A stretch of DNA of 64,000 nt, from NCBI GenBank assembly GCA_963817385.1, contig CAWFOM010000001.1, forward strand, positions 160,001 through 224,000, in the 5' to 3' direction. The position numbers and the translations under genes are program-made. Positions within the stretch are counted from its first letter, which is position 1. Each line of letters opens with the position of its first letter. The notes under the pieces are model-generated. The model was not told the origin of the DNA, searched no databases, and was given only the letters and a program-made list of their open reading frames with translations. This DNA is from an uncultured delta proteobacterium. GTDB lineage: Bacteria > Desulfobacterota > Syntrophia > Syntrophales > UBA5619. Shown piece after piece: positions 31,903 to 40,813 of the stretch.

Positions 31903-32019
31903 GGCCAACGTAGCGTTTAGCTGCCTGGCGCGCCCGCCTTCGCCCTCGCCTTGGGGATTGCCCTTGTCACGGTAGGGCGATTGCAAGCGTGACAGGTCAA
32001 CTGCAATGCATGGTGCGGT
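31903..32019 (-). other. attC site (long type)
   Basis: R' GTTGGCC intact, R'' eroded; homologous to 29077-29203. Confidence 0.7.
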
Positions 32020-32043
32020 ATCCGGATATTGTTATGTTTACCC

Positions 32044-32784
32044 CTATCGTTTTCCGATTACTTTCTGGATCAGAGATGGAAATACCCTGTTGAGAAATAA
32101 CACGAGTTTCGTTCGGCCAGGCTTGATCTCGTAATCGTCTTTTTCCAGATTCCGAAAGACCTCTCTTGCCAGGACGTCCGGCGATATTTTCCCGGCATTG
32201 TCCTCACGCCCCCTCGTCATATCAGTATCTACAAGCGGTGTAATAATCTCAAACACTTTGACAGGAGTGCCCTGTAGTTGACAACGAAGAGACTTGGAGA
32301 AAGCGTGAAGTGCCGCTTTTGTAGCACAATAAATCGGCGCACTACTTTTTGGCACAATTCCAAGAAAAGACGACACGTTGATAATAGCTGCTTCAGCCCT
32401 CTTTGCCAGGGTGGGTAATAGTATTTTCGTCAGGCGAGCCACTGCTCCAAAATTGATGTTAATCTCTTCGTCTATCTTTTGTATAGCACTATCATCCTCG
32501 AGGAAATCATACTGGTGTTGAATTCCGGCATTGTTGACGAGGATATTTAATGATGGGAAATTAGATGTTAAGTGTTCCGACATATGAGCCACTTCCATTG
32601 GGCTGGAAACATCACATTGGATTGTATGTATCTTAGGATATTCTTTCTTTACTTGCTCCAATTTATCTATATTTCGGCCGCAGATGATCACTGTGTTATT
32701 ATTTTCCAAGAAAACCTTGGCAATCGATAAGCCGATTCCAGATGCCCCGCCGGTAATAAGAACTGTATTTCCCGTTATTTTCAT
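32044..32784 (-). CDS. Short-chain dehydrogenase/reductase, DltE-like (cassette)
   Basis: TGGASGIG, NNAG, YCATK. Confidence 0.9.
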   Translation of the reverse strand: MKITGNTVLITGGASGIGLSIAKVFLENNNTVIICGRNIDKLEQVKKEYPKIHTIQCDVSSPMEVAHMSEHLTSNFPSLNILVNNAGIQHQYDFLEDDSAIQKIDEEININFGAVARLTKILLPTLAKRAEAAIINVSSFLGIVPKSSAPIYCATKAALHAFSKSLRCQLQGTPVKVFEIITPLVDTDMTRGREDNAGKISPDVLAREVFRNLEKDDYEIKPGRTKLVLFLNRVFPSLIQKVIGKR

Positions 32785-32812
32785 AATTCGTGCCGTTCCT
32801 TATCCACCGGAC

Positions 32813-32862
32813 GCCCACAAAAATCAGCCGGAGCGCAAGCGATCGGCTGGATTGACTTGGGC
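32813..32862 (-). other. attC site (short type, eroded cores)
   Basis: AATCAGCCG-GAGCGCAAGCGAT-CGGCTGGATT palindrome flanked by GCCCA/TGGGC. Confidence 0.6.
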
Positions 32863-32868
32863 GACTTC

Positions 32869-33309
32869 TCACGCATAGAGTTTCTCTACTCTCTCTTTTA
32901 GCGCACGGTTCATCGCTTCAAATCCGCGTTGAGTCTTTTCATACATCGCATTCGGGAACAGATTCACAAGTATTCCTCGAAATTGCTCGCTCTGTCGGAA
33001 GCGTGACTGCCCCGGACTGGCTTGCTCGATGCGAAAATCGTGCTCTCCGTCAAAGAGTCCAGGTATCCAAAGGTGGCCGAGCCACCGCAATCTTTGAGCG
33101 GGTACGGCGTCGAGCACGGTAGGCTGAAATGTCATCGGATTGCCGTCGGGTGGACATATCCTCACCTTCAGGCGGAACCCCTTCTCCGTTTTTCCCGATG
33201 CTTCCCTAATGAATGGATTCCACTGAGGGTAGCTCTTGAAATCGATCAATACTGACCACACCTGCTCAGGAGTACCTCGAATTGCGATTTCAGTTTCAAG
33301 AGCCCTCAC
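32869..33309 (-). CDS. SRPBCC / polyketide-cyclase-like protein (cassette)
   Basis: VWSVLIDFKSYPQWNPF, LFDGEH, MNRALKERVE; GTG start after GGAGG. Confidence 0.85.
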   Translation of the reverse strand: MRALETEIAIRGTPEQVWSVLIDFKSYPQWNPFIREASGKTEKGFRLKVRICPPDGNPMTFQPTVLDAVPAQRLRWLGHLWIPGLFDGEHDFRIEQASPGQSRFRQSEQFRGILVNLFPNAMYEKTQRGFEAMNRALKERVEKLYA

Positions 33310-33333
33310 GACATGCCTCCCTCGGTTGTCGCA

Positions 33334-33390
33334 CCATAACGTAAAAATCAGCGGTGAGCGTAGCGAGTCCGCTGAATTACCTTGATACAT
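33334..33390 (-). other. attC site
   Basis: 57 bp; R' GTTATGG; AATCAGCGG/CCGCTGAATT inner repeats; R'' mutated (ATGTATC). Confidence 0.75.
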
Positions 33391-33895
33391 CCGCTTTGAA
33401 TCCTTCGTGGAAAGCGACAGTGCCCTGCGGAGTATGCCCGTCGAAAGACAGAGCGAAGAAGACCTCCTGTGGCACGCCCTCATGCACAAGTCCAGACATG
33501 TTCTTGAACCCGAATTTCCTGTAGTAATCCGGATGTCCCACGAGACAGCATCCTTGAGCATTCATATCATTCAGACGTGACAACCCTTCTTTTATCAGCG
33601 CTTTGCCGATGCCCTTCCGCTGGTGCTCCGGCAAAACGGAAACAGGTCCAAGTCCATACCAGTTTGGTGTGCCGTCTGAAATGGTCACGGGAGAGAAAGC
33701 AATATGCCCTATCACTCGGCCATCCATTTCGGCGACCAGCGATACCGTAAGAGCTTTGGCGGCACGTAGCGCCTTGATGATGAACTGCTCCGTGTGGTTA
33801 CTGATCTCCAAGGTCTTGAACGCTGCGATAGTCACCTCAGTTATCGCGCAAACATCGTCATTCGTCTCGTTCCTGATAAGAATTTTTGAATTCAT
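33377..33895 (-). CDS. GNAT acetyltransferase, YhbS-like (cassette)
   Basis: GHIAFSPV, LGPVSVLPEHQRKGIGKAL, GHPDYYRKFGF. Confidence 0.9.
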   Translation of the reverse strand: MNSKILIRNETNDDVCAITEVTIAAFKTLEISNHTEQFIIKALRAAKALTVSLVAEMDGRVIGHIAFSPVTISDGTPNWYGLGPVSVLPEHQRKGIGKALIKEGLSRLNDMNAQGCCLVGHPDYYRKFGFKNMSGLVHEGVPQEVFFALSFDGHTPQGTVAFHEGFKADVSR

Positions 33896-33919
33896 AGTTT
33901 AATATTCCTCTTTCTTGCA

Positions 33920-33980
33920 GGCCAACGTAAAGCTAAGGGGCGCGGCGGCTATTTTGCCGCGTCCCGCTTGAGTGTTAGCC
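33920..33980 (-). other. attC site
   Basis: GGCTAAC...GGGACGCGGC...GCCGCGCCCC...GTTGGCC, 61 bp. Confidence 0.85.
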
Positions 33981-34248
33981 GATGCTTTCGGGAATAACTG
34001 CAATTGCATCTATCTCCATAAGAAAATCTGGATTCGCTAAGCCAGCGACAAATAGCACTGTGATAAGTGGTGGATTTGGACGGTTCCCCCATACACGTTG
34101 AAATTCTTCAAACCCTGGTTTTGGAGAACGAATCAACAGAATTCTGACCGCCAACGTAGATAGTACGTGAATTAGCCTGAGTAATAACCACTTGAGAGAA
34201 GGCAGGATTTCTGTGTAGTTCATTCGGATTTATGTATTCAACACTCAT
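33975..34248 (-). pseudogene. RidA/YjgF-family gene with out-of-frame internal deletion
   Basis: N-terminus MSVEYINP...NPAFSQVV...TIYVGGQN in one frame, C-terminus PPLITVLFVAGLANPDFLMEIDAIA in another; middle missing; ATGA overlap with the upstream gene. Confidence 0.75.
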
Positions 34249-34520
34249 TTCTTTACCACCCCGTTCTTGTTTTTCTTTGACGGAGGATGCGCCATCTTCA
34301 TGTAGACGCCACCTGCTTCCAGTTCATCAAGCATTTGATGAAGCCTCTTCGCTTTTGTCTCCTGAAGTTTTGCGCGATCTATCCAGCCAATGTAATCATT
34401 CTGCTGGTACGCTGGTCGCTCACTGTATTCATCCATCAGGCCACGTTCCTCAAGAGCTTGTTTAACGAAGCTGGGCATCGGATATTTAGGTCGCTTCAGT
34501 CCTGAACCCTTTTCAACCAT
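34245..34520 (-). CDS. YdeI/OmpD-associated family protein (cassette)
   Basis: RPAYQQNDYIGWIDRAK...KRLHQMLDEL. Confidence 0.8.
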   Translation of the reverse strand: MVEKGSGLKRPKYPMPSFVKQALEERGLMDEYSERPAYQQNDYIGWIDRAKLQETKAKRLHQMLDELEAGGVYMKMAHPPSKKNKNGVVKK

Positions 34521-34541
34521 TTATTCTCCAGTTCTTTAAGC

Positions 34542-34605
34542 GGCTAACGAAAAGCTGAGCCGGAGCAGCCCAGGGGGCTGCGATCGGCTCTAGCGACGGT
34601 TCGTT
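34542..34605 (-). other. attC site
   Basis: AACGAAC...GAGCCGATCGCAGCCC...GGGCTGCTCCGGCTCAGC...GTTAGCC; near-identical to 35846-35910. Confidence 0.85.
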
Positions 34606-35054
34606 GGTTCCTTGAACATTTCGTATGTTGCTGCGAGTGGAATTACGAAAAGCACAAAAATAATCGCATTGAGCACTGCGTTTTGCCAGAAGCCGGACCA
34701 TAGCGAAAATGCTGTGTCGGGAATAAACCACGCTACCAGCGATACCGTGAGCGTTCTCCAACCCTCAATTTCTCTACGACGGAAGGGGCCGAACAAGACA
34801 TACAGCAAAGCTACCGACCAGCCGGACATCACGGCGCCCAAGACCGCTGAGATGAACGTGATGTAGGAGGTAGCCGATTCGCCGAACGGTGGACTCCCAT
34901 GAGGAGATGAAAGGTAGATGTAGTTGAACAACTTCTGGGTGGACTCTGGGAGAAGGACCATGCTGAGCCCGAAGACAAGGATGGCGCAGGTTGCAATTAC
35001 TAGCCATCGCCACCAGAAGTTGAGTTTTTGATCCATCGTTACTTCCTCATCCAT
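34590..35054 (-). CDS. Hypothetical 4-TM membrane protein (cassette)
   Basis: Hydrophobic ORF bounded by attC sites; WFIPDT motif. Confidence 0.7.
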   Translation of the reverse strand: MDEEVTMDQKLNFWWRWLVIATCAILVFGLSMVLLPESTQKLFNYIYLSSPHGSPPFGESATSYITFISAVLGAVMSGWSVALLYVLFGPFRRREIEGWRTLTVSLVAWFIPDTAFSLWSGFWQNAVLNAIIFVLFVIPLAATYEMFKEPTNRR

Positions 35055-35117
35055 TTACAAGAAGTTCAGCCGGGCGCGGGTCTAACCGCCTGGACGATGT
35101 CGAGCCGTTGGTTAGGA
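35052..35117 (-). other. attC site (degenerate)
   Basis: R'' TCCTAAC just after the higA stop; CCCGGCTGAACTT L'-like arm. Confidence 0.5.
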
Positions 35118-35128
35118 GAGAGCTTCGA

Positions 35129-35440
35129 TTATGCCGCGCGTGAGAAGGGACGGACTTGCTTGACGATCTTATCGTGAAGCTTTTCCTTGGCTACTTCCAT
35201 ATCATATCTTGATTGAAGATTTAGCCAAAACGGCGCTTCCATACTGAAAAAATGGCTCAATCGCAAAGCCGTATCGGCGGAAATAGCCCGCCGACCATGC
35301 ACGATTTCATTTATGCGACGGGGTGTAACACCTATGTCCTTAGCTAATCTGTACTGACTGATCCCCATAGGTTCCAGGAATTCTGTAACGAGGATTTCAC
35401 CCGGATGGATGGGAGAAAAATCACGCTTTTTTGTTTTCAT
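35129..35440 (-). CDS. higA: HigA antitoxin
   Basis: PIHPGEIL, RRINEIVHGRRAISADTALRL, FWLNLQSRYD. Confidence 0.92.
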   Translation of the reverse strand: MKTKKRDFSPIHPGEILVTEFLEPMGISQYRLAKDIGVTPRRINEIVHGRRAISADTALRLSHFFSMEAPFWLNLQSRYDMEVAKEKLHDKIVKQVRPFSRAA

Positions 35441-35450
35441 TTTACACCTC

Positions 35451-35732
35451 TCAATGATAATCGACGATTTCAACATCGTAGGCATCGCTGCCTTTCCAAG
35501 TAAAACAAATTCTCCACTGTTTATTGATGCGGATGCTATATTGCCCCTTCCTTTCGCCCTTCAATTCCTCAAGATGGTTTGACGGCGGTATGCGCAACGT
35601 TTCGATCACGGTTGCGGAATGAATCATTTCAAGCTTTATTGCAGCAATCCGTTGAATCGCCTGAGGCAATTTTGAGGAAAACCGACCTTGAAACAATTTA
35701 TCGGCGTCCTTGCTTTTGAACGATTTAATCAC
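35451..35732 (-). CDS. higB: HigB toxin (RelE/ParE superfamily)
   Basis: MIKSFK, PPSNHLEEL, SIRINKQWRICF, VEIVDYH; toxin-first order. Confidence 0.92.
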   Translation of the reverse strand: MIKSFKSKDADKLFQGRFSSKLPQAIQRIAAIKLEMIHSATVIETLRIPPSNHLEELKGERKGQYSIRINKQWRICFTWKGSDAYDVEIVDYH

Positions 35733-35738
35733 AACAGC

Positions 35739-35767
35739 ATACTATCTCAAAAGGATATTATCGTCAA
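35739..35767 (-). promoter_or_regulatory. higBA promoter
   Basis: TTGACG-N17-TAGTAT with an ATAATATCC direct repeat straddling the -35. Confidence 0.65.
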
Positions 35768-35845
35768 GGGATATTATTTAAGCCACTGCCATAGCAATCC
35801 GAATAGACTTGAGATATTCAGTTGTGTTCATATTAAGGAGTTTTA

Positions 35846-35910
35846 CCTCAACGAAAAGCTGAGCCGGAGCAGCCCAGCGGGCTGCGACCGGCTCAAGCGA
35901 CTGGTTAAAT
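35846..35910 (-). other. attC site of the first cassette
   Basis: ATTTAAC...GTTGAGG, 65 bp; R'' is the exact complement of the attI core GTTAAAT. Confidence 0.88.
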
Positions 35911-36421
35911 TTGTTTTTCCTATACGGCTTCAAAAGTATGGGGCCATTTCTTTTTAATGTGTTGATCACAGGACACACTTATTGAGTACCCGTGCAGCAA
36001 AATATCATGTTGTTATATCAAAACACCTCATTTCCCTTTTCACCATACATTGACAAGAATTCTTGTGTAGATGGTTGAGTAGATGTTTTCTTATCAAATA
36101 TTATTTTCTTAATTTGATCGTGGTCTTTCTGATTTAATCTAGCCCAACTATATGTATTGTTTGATTTAGGTTTATCAGAAGAACCTATTACAGTTTTGTA
36201 TATTTGTGTTTGATATCTAAATTCATCATAAGGCACTTTGAATTTCATAATAATAATTAGGTAATTTAGGTCGTTTAGGTTGTAATTAGGTATAGAATTC
36301 TGAACATATGCTATTTCGTGTAAATCATGTGAGGGCATAGTGGACTGCCCCCCCCGGACTGGACAAAGTATGTTAGAGTAGTCGGCAGGATCATCCCCCC
36401 CTGGGGAGAAAGGATCTTGCC

Positions 36422-36772
36422 ATGAGGCCACAGCGAAGGTTCAGTCGAGAGTTCAAACGTCAAGTTGTTGAAGAGCTGCTGAGCGGGGTCAGTACCCCAG
36501 CACAGCTTATACGCCGCCACGAGATTTCTTCCGGGTTACTCTACCACTGGAAGAGGCAGTATGCCAAGGGAGGGTTTGACAACCCGCCCGATAAAGAATC
36601 GACTCTGGAGGAGCGTGTCCGGCAGTTGGAGCAGCTGGTCGGCAAGCTCACCCTTGAGAACGAGTTCTTAAAAAAAGCCGTACAGAGAAGCCTGTCTCCT
36701 CTAAAGAAAAGCGGCAGTTCGTGGCCACCAACCGGCACCTCCTCCAAAACATCCAAAGGGGGTGCGAACTGA
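36422..36772 (+). CDS. IS3 OrfA (HTH)
   Basis: RRFSREFKRQVV...LYHWKRQY...LENEFLKKA; A7G slippery site at 36670-36677. Confidence 0.9.
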   Translation: MRPQRRFSREFKRQVVEELLSGVSTPAQLIRRHEISSGLLYHWKRQYAKGGFDNPPDKESTLEERVRQLEQLVGKLTLENEFLKKAVQRSLSPLKKSGSSWPPTGTSSKTSKGGAN

Positions 36773-37590
36773 TGAGCCTGCCACGCAGCACGTACTACTA
36801 CAAGCCGAAGAAAGAACCCCCTGACGAGACGGCACTTACCAGCCGCATCGAAGCCATCATTGAAGAGTTTCCCGGGTATGGCTATCGCCGGGTAACCAGA
36901 GAACTCCACCGGCAGGGCATCCCCGCAAACCACAAGAAGGTCCTGCGCATCATGCGGGAGCGAGGCCTCACCCGGAAACCCCGGCGCCGGTGGATACGAA
37001 CCACGAACAGCAACCATCGCTACCGGATTTACCCAAACCTGGTAAAAAATCTGGCCGTAACGGGGCCGAATCAGGTATGGGTGGCCGACATTACCTATAT
37101 CAGCATCCAAAGTGACTTCGTATATCTGGCGGTCATCCTGGACCTGTTTTCCCGGAAGGCGGTGGGGTATGCCATCTCCCAGAATATTGATACGGCGTTA
37201 TCTCTGGCAGCGCTGATAGCGGCCATCGTAAACCGGAAGCCCCAAAAAGGAATCATCCACCATTCCGACCAAGGAGTACAGTATGCCGCCCATGACTACG
37301 TGGATATCCTGCTGGAGCATGGATTCCAGATCAGCATGGCCAGAAAGGGGAATCCTTACGACAATGCCACTGCCGAGAGCTTCATGAAAACACTAAAAAC
37401 AGAAGAGATCTACCTCTGGGAATACCGGACACTGGCCGATGTCCAATTCAGGCTTCCGTATTTCATAGAACAGGTGTACAATCACAAACGGCTACATTCC
37501 TCACTGGGATATCTGCCACCGGTGGAATTCGAGGAATTGTTCCTCAAAACCCTTAAACCCTGTCCGGCCGCTCTAACCCAAGCCGTCTAA
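36721..37590 (+). CDS. IS3 OrfB DDE transposase (-1 frame; open from the A7G site)
   Basis: YGYRR, WVADITY, HHSDQGVQY, DNATAESFMKTLK. Confidence 0.93.
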   Translation: MATNRHLLQNIQRGCELMSLPRSTYYYKPKKEPPDETALTSRIEAIIEEFPGYGYRRVTRELHRQGIPANHKKVLRIMRERGLTRKPRRRWIRTTNSNHRYRIYPNLVKNLAVTGPNQVWVADITYISIQSDFVYLAVILDLFSRKAVGYAISQNIDTALSLAALIAAIVNRKPQKGIIHHSDQGVQYAAHDYVDILLEHGFQISMARKGNPYDNATAESFMKTLKTEEIYLWEYRTLADVQFRLPYFIEQVYNHKRLHSSLGYLPPVEFEELFLKTLKPCPAALTQAV

Positions 37591-38118
37591 CCGGAAGGGT
37601 GCAGTCCATAGTGTACTCTTCTTGATATGTAAAATTAAGAACATCATTTTTAATTTTATAAGTTCCACCTGTCATTACTTTTAATCTAAAATTATTATCA
37701 AGTTCACCAAAACCATGAAGAATCATTGCACTTAAACGAAATGCGGCTATTTCACCTCTGTTTACAATTTTGATTCTTTGCATTGTTTTTCCATTTTCGA
37801 TTGTGAAAGGACTAACTTCAGTGAATAATAGAGGATATGATTTTATCTTAAATTGTTCTTGAGATATAGTGGCAAGGCGTTTGGTTTCATCAACCATTTT
37901 TTGTGAAACACCAATGGACTTGTATGTAAAGAATGCTAAAATGATTGTACCCAAAGCAACAAGCCTGTTGGGTTCTAAAATATTCTTTCCAAGCAGAAAA
38001 ACAGTTGACTTAAATCTTTCTGACAGCATAAAGTCTTTTAGGCAATTTTTATACCTATATATGATTTTAAATATCCTTTTCATATCATCCCTTTTATTGA
38101 TGGCTCCTAATTTAATCA

Positions 38119-38150
38119 ATTTAACAGTGTATATATGTATCCTTATGAAA
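38119..38150 (-). other. Putative attI site of array 1 (3' of intI)
   Basis: CATAAGGATACATATATACACT-GTTAAAT; no attC palindrome; core complementary to the first cassette's R''. Confidence 0.7.
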
Positions 38151-38297
38151 AACCAAACACCGCACTTTTTGCCGTATAAAACGCCGATGAAATTGATGGT
38201 AAATTGACCATAAAATTCATATTATCTTATATTTGCGAATATGCCTTACTTTTATCTTGGCGTTTTATCGGATCGGTATAAAAATCTACGGAGCCTG

Positions 38298-38474
38298 TCA
38301 AAGCCCGTCGACAGGACTTCGCACACCGGTCGGTCCACGATTCAGCACATGAGTGTAAATCATCGTCGTCTTCACGTCTTTATGGCCTAACAGTTCCTGA
38401 ACCGTCCGAATGTCATAACCGGCTTCCAGCAAGTGTGTTGCAAAAAAAGAACGCCGGAATGTATGACATGTTGC
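38298..38474 (-). pseudogene. intI: Integron integrase C-terminal remnant (about 58 aa)
   Basis: Hand translation [58 protein letters not shown]; no homologous sequence upstream. Confidence 0.9.
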
Positions 38475-38525
38475 CTGTAAATGGTTTTGAAGCGATCGTA
38501 GTGGTCCGATAAGTGGGTAAGATTT

Positions 38526-38634
38526 TGAGCGGCAATTTTGTCCCGGTCATTCCTCTGCTCCAAAACCCTATTTGAAACGTCAGGAAGAAACCTGCGAACC
38601 CGTGACGGTCCGAAGCCGTCAGCCGAAAAGCGCC
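38526..38634 (-). ncRNA. Candidate structured RNA, copy A
   Basis: Homologous to 46930-47036; covarying stems; upstream TTGACA-N17-TTAAGT. Confidence 0.5.
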
Positions 38635-38637
38635 GCT

Positions 38638-38732
38638 ACTTAACCATGGTGAACTTCGTTTGTCAATGATTTTACGGACTCATCACCTGCAGCCGAAATT
38701 CCATTGACACGCAGGGCCATTCACCTTAGAAT
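38638..38732. promoter_or_regulatory. Divergent sigma70 promoter pair, copy A
   Basis: Minus: TTGACA(38661-66)-N17-TTAAGT; plus: TTGACA(38704-09)-N17-TAGAAT. Confidence 0.65.
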
Positions 38733-38789
38733 CGCGTCCGTCAAATGATACTGATTAATCAGCTTTTTCCACGAAAGGGGAGTCGAACG

Positions 38790-39977
38790 ATGAGCTTACC
38801 ATTATCCGGCGTACGGATCCTTGATTTAACACTGATTATGGCCGGTCCCTATTGTACCTTGCTTCTGGGAGACCTGGGGGCGGAGGTGATCAAGATCGAA
38901 AAACCGGGGATCGGTGAATCGTCGCGAGAGATGCCTCCCCATTTTTTCGAGGGTCAATCCGCCTATTTTATCGCCATGAATCGAAACAAGAAAAGCATGA
39001 CCCTCGATCTGAAAAGCGAAGCGGGAAAGAAGATATTCTACGATCTGGCCAGGCAATCCGATGTGGTGATCGATAACTTCCGGCCGGGGGTGGTCAAGAA
39101 ATTGGGGGTCGACTTCGATACGCTCAAGACGATGAACCCCCGCATCATCTGCTGTTCAATTTCCGGATACGGCCAGACGGGGCCCTTCAGGGACCGGCCG
39201 GCCTTTGACCTGGTGATCCAGGCCCGGGGCGGGATCATGAGCTATACCGGGGAGCCGGAACAGATGCCGGTGCGGATGGGCGCGCCGATGGGCGACTTGT
39301 CCGGCGGGCTGTTTGCGTCGCAGGGCATTTTGGCGGCGCTCTATCAACGGGAAAAGACGGGGCGGGGCCAGCGGATCGATATCAGCCTGGTGGACTGCCA
39401 GACGTCGCTGCTCACCTATCGGGCCCAGTTCTATCTCGTGGGAAAAGAGATCGCGCGGCCGGTCGGCTCGGGCCACGTATCGGCCCACCCGATCAGGGCG
39501 TTTCGGACCAAGACCTTTGATGTGGTCATCGATGCCAATACGGAAAGCATCTTTGCCGACTTGTGCGACGCCCTTGGAAAACCGGAGATGTCGCGGGATG
39601 GGAAATTCAATTCCCGGGAGAACCGTCTCAAAAACATGAAGGAGCTCTACGCCATTCTGGAAAGGGCCTTTCTCGAAAAGACGGGAGAGGAGTGGCTGGA
39701 GGCCCTGGAGAAGCGCATCCCCATCGCCCCCATCAACACGATCGATAAGGCGCTTGCCGATCCTCAAACCCTGAGCCGCAACATGGTGGTCGAGGTCGAA
39801 TACGAAAACGAAAAAAAACTGAAAATCTTGGGAAACCCCATCAAGATGTCCGAGGTTGAACAGGAGGTGTTCAAACGCCCCCCCTACCTGGGAGAGCATA
39901 CCGAGGAGATCCTGCGGGAACGTCTCAATTACTCACCGGAACAGATCGAGGAGATGAAAACCGCGAAGGTTGTATAG
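38790..39977 (+). CDS. Family III CoA transferase (CaiB/BaiF)
   Basis: LSGVRILDLT, AGPYCT, GAEVIKIE, NRNKKS, NFRPG, AFDLVIQA. Confidence 0.92.
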   Translation: MSLPLSGVRILDLTLIMAGPYCTLLLGDLGAEVIKIEKPGIGESSREMPPHFFEGQSAYFIAMNRNKKSMTLDLKSEAGKKIFYDLARQSDVVIDNFRPGVVKKLGVDFDTLKTMNPRIICCSISGYGQTGPFRDRPAFDLVIQARGGIMSYTGEPEQMPVRMGAPMGDLSGGLFASQGILAALYQREKTGRGQRIDISLVDCQTSLLTYRAQFYLVGKEIARPVGSGHVSAHPIRAFRTKTFDVVIDANTESIFADLCDALGKPEMSRDGKFNSRENRLKNMKELYAILERAFLEKTGEEWLEALEKRIPIAPINTIDKALADPQTLSRNMVVEVEYENEKKLKILGNPIKMSEVEQEVFKRPPYLGEHTEEILRERLNYSPEQIEEMKTAKVV

Positions 39978-39993
39978 TCATTTATCTATTCCC

Positions 39994-40593
39994 TCAAAGA
40001 CTTAAGCTGCGGGGGATGACGATCCCCCGATCGCCGCCGATCATTTCCCCCTTTCCCTGGAGAAACCACCGGCCGACCAATGCCGCGGTCGCCGCGTCCA
40101 ACTCGTCACCAGTCAGGCCCTCCGGCAGCCCCTTCACCCCCAGCGCACTCAGTCCGGCCAGCAGGCCTGCCGGGTCCTTGTGCTGGCGGGGAATCCCCCA
40201 CAGGTCCTGCGCCGCCCCCGGGTAGCACTCCACCGCCCGGTACCCCATCGCCTCGATCTTCGCCTTGAGCGCCATGCCGCGCTCGGTCAGCATCCGCATC
40301 GGACCCAGGGTGATCGGGAAGAATCGGATGCCCCGCCGCTTCAGCTCGTTATCGCATTCGCGGAAATGGCCGCCTGAGCGGTCATGGATCGTCGCCCGCC
40401 CTTCGGGGAGGCTGAGCGGCGCATCGATCGGAACGAGGTCAGGTCTGGCCCGGGATATCCACTGCAAGATATCCTCGTCGCCGAGGACGACGTGCGTCTC
40501 GGCCTTCAGGCCGCGGAGTATGCAGAGGCCTGTCGAACGGCGCGGGGACCCGGCCAGGTCGACGCCCACGACGACGGGTGGTTTCATCACCAT
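39994..40593 (-). CDS. DUF429 family protein (predicted RNase H-like nuclease)
   Basis: GVDLAG, IDAPLSLP, RECD, ECYPGA, DELDA. Confidence 0.8.
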   Translation of the reverse strand: MVMKPPVVVGVDLAGSPRRSTGLCILRGLKAETHVVLGDEDILQWISRARPDLVPIDAPLSLPEGRATIHDRSGGHFRECDNELKRRGIRFFPITLGPMRMLTERGMALKAKIEAMGYRAVECYPGAAQDLWGIPRQHKDPAGLLAGLSALGVKGLPEGLTGDELDAATAALVGRWFLQGKGEMIGGDRGIVIPRSLSL

Positions 40594-40813
40594 TTACTCT
40601 CCAATTATTCATTTTGACCCCGTTTTCCTCCAGAATCAATGCAAAAGATCGCCATGACCTGTGACTGCTTGCCAATACAGTTTGAGAGTTTTGTCGGACG
40701 CGTCTCATCCCCGATAGGCCCGATGGAACTTGGTTGACTTGCCGGTGCATTTCGAGGAGAATCAGGCATCCTGATGAACGACGGCTTTTGCGGGGTGAAA
40801 GGTAACGACTGTC

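Larger units (their letters stand above)
36341..37608 (+). mobile_element. IS3-family insertion sequence (1268 bp)
   Basis: TG...CA ends, TIRs starting TGGACTGC, 3-bp target duplication TAG, orfA/orfB. Confidence 0.95.
36018..38083 (-). pseudogene. AT-rich hypothetical membrane-anchored protein (264 aa when rejoined), interrupted by an IS3-family element
   Basis: Removing the IS and one TAG copy fuses ...QEEYT-MPSHDLHE... in frame (475+320 nt). Confidence 0.8.
26145..38125 (-). mobile_element. Integron gene-cassette array 1 (about 13-14 cassettes)
   Basis: Co-oriented short genes of heterogeneous composition separated by attC-type palindromes, three TA cassettes, attI-like core and intI remnant upstream. 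Confidence 0.9.

Noticed and set aside
32012..32042. dif/Xer-like site
   Set aside because: Only a partial TTATGTT match; XerC arm and 6-bp spacing do not fit
34149..34175. attI-like GTTGGCG site inside array 1
   Set aside because: It is coding sequence (TIYVGGQ) of the RidA N-terminus
38526..38634. Identification of the repeat as tRNA, SRP RNA, 5S rRNA or c-di-GMP/cobalamin riboswitch
   Set aside because: Lacks a cloverleaf/CCA, the SRP GGAA-loop motif, and the GEMM or B12-box consensus
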